Source of the DNA: an uncultured Nitrososphaeria archaeon
GTDB lineage: Archaea; Thermoproteota; Nitrososphaeria; Geothermarchaeales; JDFR-13
DNA: 61,943 bases
Reading direction: 5' to 3'
Assembly (NCBI GenBank): GCA_964529905.1
Contig: CAZGXJ010000004.1
Span: forward strand, 1-61,943
Positions 60,147-61,943 of the stretch are shown piece by piece. The position numbers and the translations under genes are program-made. Below the pieces are notes generated by a model. That model was not told where the DNA came from and did not search any database. It saw only the letters and a list, made by a program, of their open reading frames with translations. How positions within the stretch are numbered: the first letter of the stretch is position 1; each line of letters starts with the position of its first letter.

Positions 60147-60555
60147 TAGCCAGCTGTATCAGTCTCCATAGCCTCTCGGGCCCGGTGGAGATTTAGATAG
60201 TCGGGGGCTTGCCCGGTGAGATGGTGGCCAGCCATCCCCCGTGCCCCCTTCTATCTAAATCTCCAGAGGCTTATGGAGATGCTCCCTCCTTTTTTAATGG
60301 GCTCCCCCCACCACTTCAGAGGTTTCAGTTGATCTGACAGGTTTATCACCTAACCCTCCTAAGACCCTTGGGGATAGGCCCGTTTAGAGATACCCCTTGG
60401 AGACCGGGGTGTTCCCCCTAGTCTCCTTGGGGTCCATTACCCCCAAGGGTCTTGGGAGTTAGGTGATAAACCTGCCTTGGACCAACTGAAACCTCCTTAT
60501 AGGTGGGTTGGCCCAAGGCGGGAGCTTACAGCTGGCTATCAAGCCAGCTGATGCC
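60127..60555 (-). ncRNA. Unclassified ~430-nt highly structured GC-rich element (candidate large ncRNA; alternatively a non-autonomous mobile element)
   Basis: About 56% GC by hand count; 28-bp perfect terminal inverted repeats and nested perfect helices of 15, 13, 17 and 13 bp; G.U wobbles mostly favour the minus strand; TATA box at the expected distance. Confidence 0.6.
60131..60554. repeat. 28-bp perfect inverted repeats (60131-60158 / 60527-60554), each itself a hairpin
   Basis: GCATCAGCTGGCTTGATAGCCAGCTGTA and TACAGCTGGCTATCAAGCCAGCTGATGC; internal 9-bp stem CAGCTGGCT/AGCCAGCTG with a 4-nt loop. Confidence 0.95.
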
Positions 60556-60577
60556 ACTTATATGGGATTAATTAGAA

Positions 60578-60585
60578 GTTTTATA
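60578..60585 (-). promoter_or_regulatory. Candidate TATA box for the structured element
   Basis: Minus-strand TATAAAAC ending ~23 nt upstream of 60555, the edge of the terminal repeat; no clear BRE. Confidence 0.45.
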
Positions 60586-60616
60586 GATAATGTATATCTC
60601 CATAGCTTTTAGAGAG

Positions 60617-61943
60617 TCACACCCTACCCTTCTTCATAAACTGTTTATTATACATCTCCCTTAGCTCTCTAAGGGTTGCAACCTCTTCAGGTGATTTATC
60701 TTCCCTAATTCTTTTAATCCTAGCCAGTCTAAGGGCATATCCAGATTTATATTTAGGGCTTGCCTGGATCTCGTTAAAATCCACTTCAACAACTATCTGG
60801 GGTTTTACCCATACCCTATACCCCTCATCCCTAACTACGATTGATAGAAGCCTCTTAGTCATATACTGAAACTCCTCATCAGTTAAACCTTTAAAAGTCT
60901 TGCCTACAACTGTATATTCACCGTTCTCCTCGTCATATACTGCTAGGTAGTAGTCGCTTAGCCACCCTCTCCTACGTCCATGTCCCCACTCAGCTCCGAC
61001 AATGACTAGATCTAATGTCTCCTTATCCTTAACCTTTACCCAGAACCTCCCCCTACTCCCAAGTATATATGGTGAGTCGTCCCTCTTCAACATTATACCT
61101 TCATGCCCAGCATCAACAGCCTCCCTGAAGAGCTTCTCCGCCTCACTAGGAGAAGCTGAATATATCGTTTTTGATATATATTCCTTAGGAACCGTCTTCT
61201 CCAGATATTCCCTCCTACTTAAGTAATCCATGTCTATCAAGAGCTTCCCATCGATATATATCACGTCAAAGAGCTTCAAAGTTACCGGAATCCTCTCCAT
61301 ATACATCGAGATATCCTCAATCCTCCTAAACCTCTTCATCAAGTCCTGAAAGGGGAGAGGCCTTCCAGACTCCCTCTCATATGCAATAATCTCACCATCA
61401 TATATACCCTCCCTAACATCAAATTCTTTTGCTATAGATACTATCTCTGGGAAGCTAGATGTGGCCTCCGTTAGGCGGCGGCTAAATATCTTAACATCAC
61501 CATCTTTGATATGGATCTGGGCCCTAAATCCGTCATACTTATATTCCGCTGAAGCCGTGTTTACACCTAATATGTTATACCCCTCGAGGACGGAGGATGC
61601 TGGCTGTCCAAGCATCGGTCTCAAGGGTGTAAAGATCCTAGGTTTAATATCCTCAAATTTCACCCCTTCACTTATCAACTTAACCGTCTCATATAGGCTT
61701 CCTCTCAAGAGATATATTCTTCTAACATTATCCTCAGAAGTCTTCAATGCATACGCTATTGCTGATAATAAATGTCCATCTACAACACCTATTCTCATCT
61801 CCCCCATGATTATGTTCGAAAGCCAGATCCTCTCCTCATTATTTAATCTACCCATTAATGCAGCCAACATGTTAAACTTCTTCTTCTGACTATCCTTCCC
61901 CTTAGCCTCAGCAATCTTTAGAAATGTATGATAGATATCTAGG
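60617..61943 (-). CDS. lig: ATP-dependent DNA ligase (partial, N-terminus beyond right edge)
   Basis: PML, EYKYDGFRAQIH (motif I), YDGEI, FDVIY, EGIMLK, WVKVK, LR.ARI..IREDK; frame stays open to the window edge. Confidence 0.97.
   Translation of the reverse strand, partial: LDIYHTFLKIAEAKGKDSQKKKFNMLAALMGRLNNEERIWLSNIIMGEMRIGVVDGHLLSAIAYALKTSEDNVRRIYLLRGSLYETVKLISEGVKFEDIKPRIFTPLRPMLGQPASSVLEGYNILGVNTASAEYKYDGFRAQIHIKDGDVKIFSRRLTEATSSFPEIVSIAKEFDVREGIYDGEIIAYERESGRPLPFQDLMKRFRRIEDISMYMERIPVTLKLFDVIYIDGKLLIDMDYLSRREYLEKTVPKEYISKTIYSASPSEAEKLFREAVDAGHEGIMLKRDDSPYILGSRGRFWVKVKDKETLDLVIVGAEWGHGRRRGWLSDYYLAVYDEENGEYTVVGKTFKGLTDEEFQYMTKRLLSIVVRDEGYRVWVKPQIVVEVDFNEIQASPKYKSGYALRLARIKRIREDKSPEEVATLRELREMYNKQFMKKGRV

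Noticed and set aside
60127-60555. Structured element as RNase P RNA, SRP RNA or rRNA processing stems
   Set aside because: CCAAGGCGGGAGCTTA only loosely resembles RNase P CR-V and has no matching GAGGAA.GUCC partner. There is no SRP helix-8 motif, no canonical 3-4-3 bulge-helix-bulge in the stems I examined, and no rRNA sequence. A cmscan run is still needed to be definitive.

Overview
AT-rich (mid-30s % GC by eye), gene-dense chromosomal segment of a thermophilic archaeon. A TACK/Thermoproteota-like lineage is inferred from the thermosome, archaeal GlyRS/TyrRS, PAC2, zinc-type ferredoxin, Hjc, geranylgeranyl reductase and ATP-dependent ligase. Main blocks: polyamine synthesis (speD/speE); a TenA-linked ECF thiamine-salvage operon; tungstate uptake (tupABC) with a divergent ModE-PBP regulator; drug-type ABC genes around a kinase/PLP-lyase/MFS cluster; a CopA-YHS-ArsR copper locus; a complete NuoA-N-like membrane complex without NuoEFG, led by a degenerate FrhB/FpoF-like gene; housekeeping genes; tRNA-Thr(CGT) followed by a decayed AT-rich patch; and a partial DNA ligase gene. 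No CRISPR array, transposase or rRNA was seen. The most striking unexplained element is a ~430-nt, ~56% GC, almost fully base-paired non-coding element (60127-60555). It has 28-bp perfect terminal inverted repeats, a correctly spaced minus-strand TATA box, and no recognisable RNase P/SRP/tRNA/rRNA motifs, so it is a candidate novel large archaeal ncRNA or REPIN/MITE-like element. Other highlights are a perfect 34-bp palindrome filling the modE/tupA spacer and an FpoF-like subunit that has lost all four FrhB-domain Fe-S cysteines.
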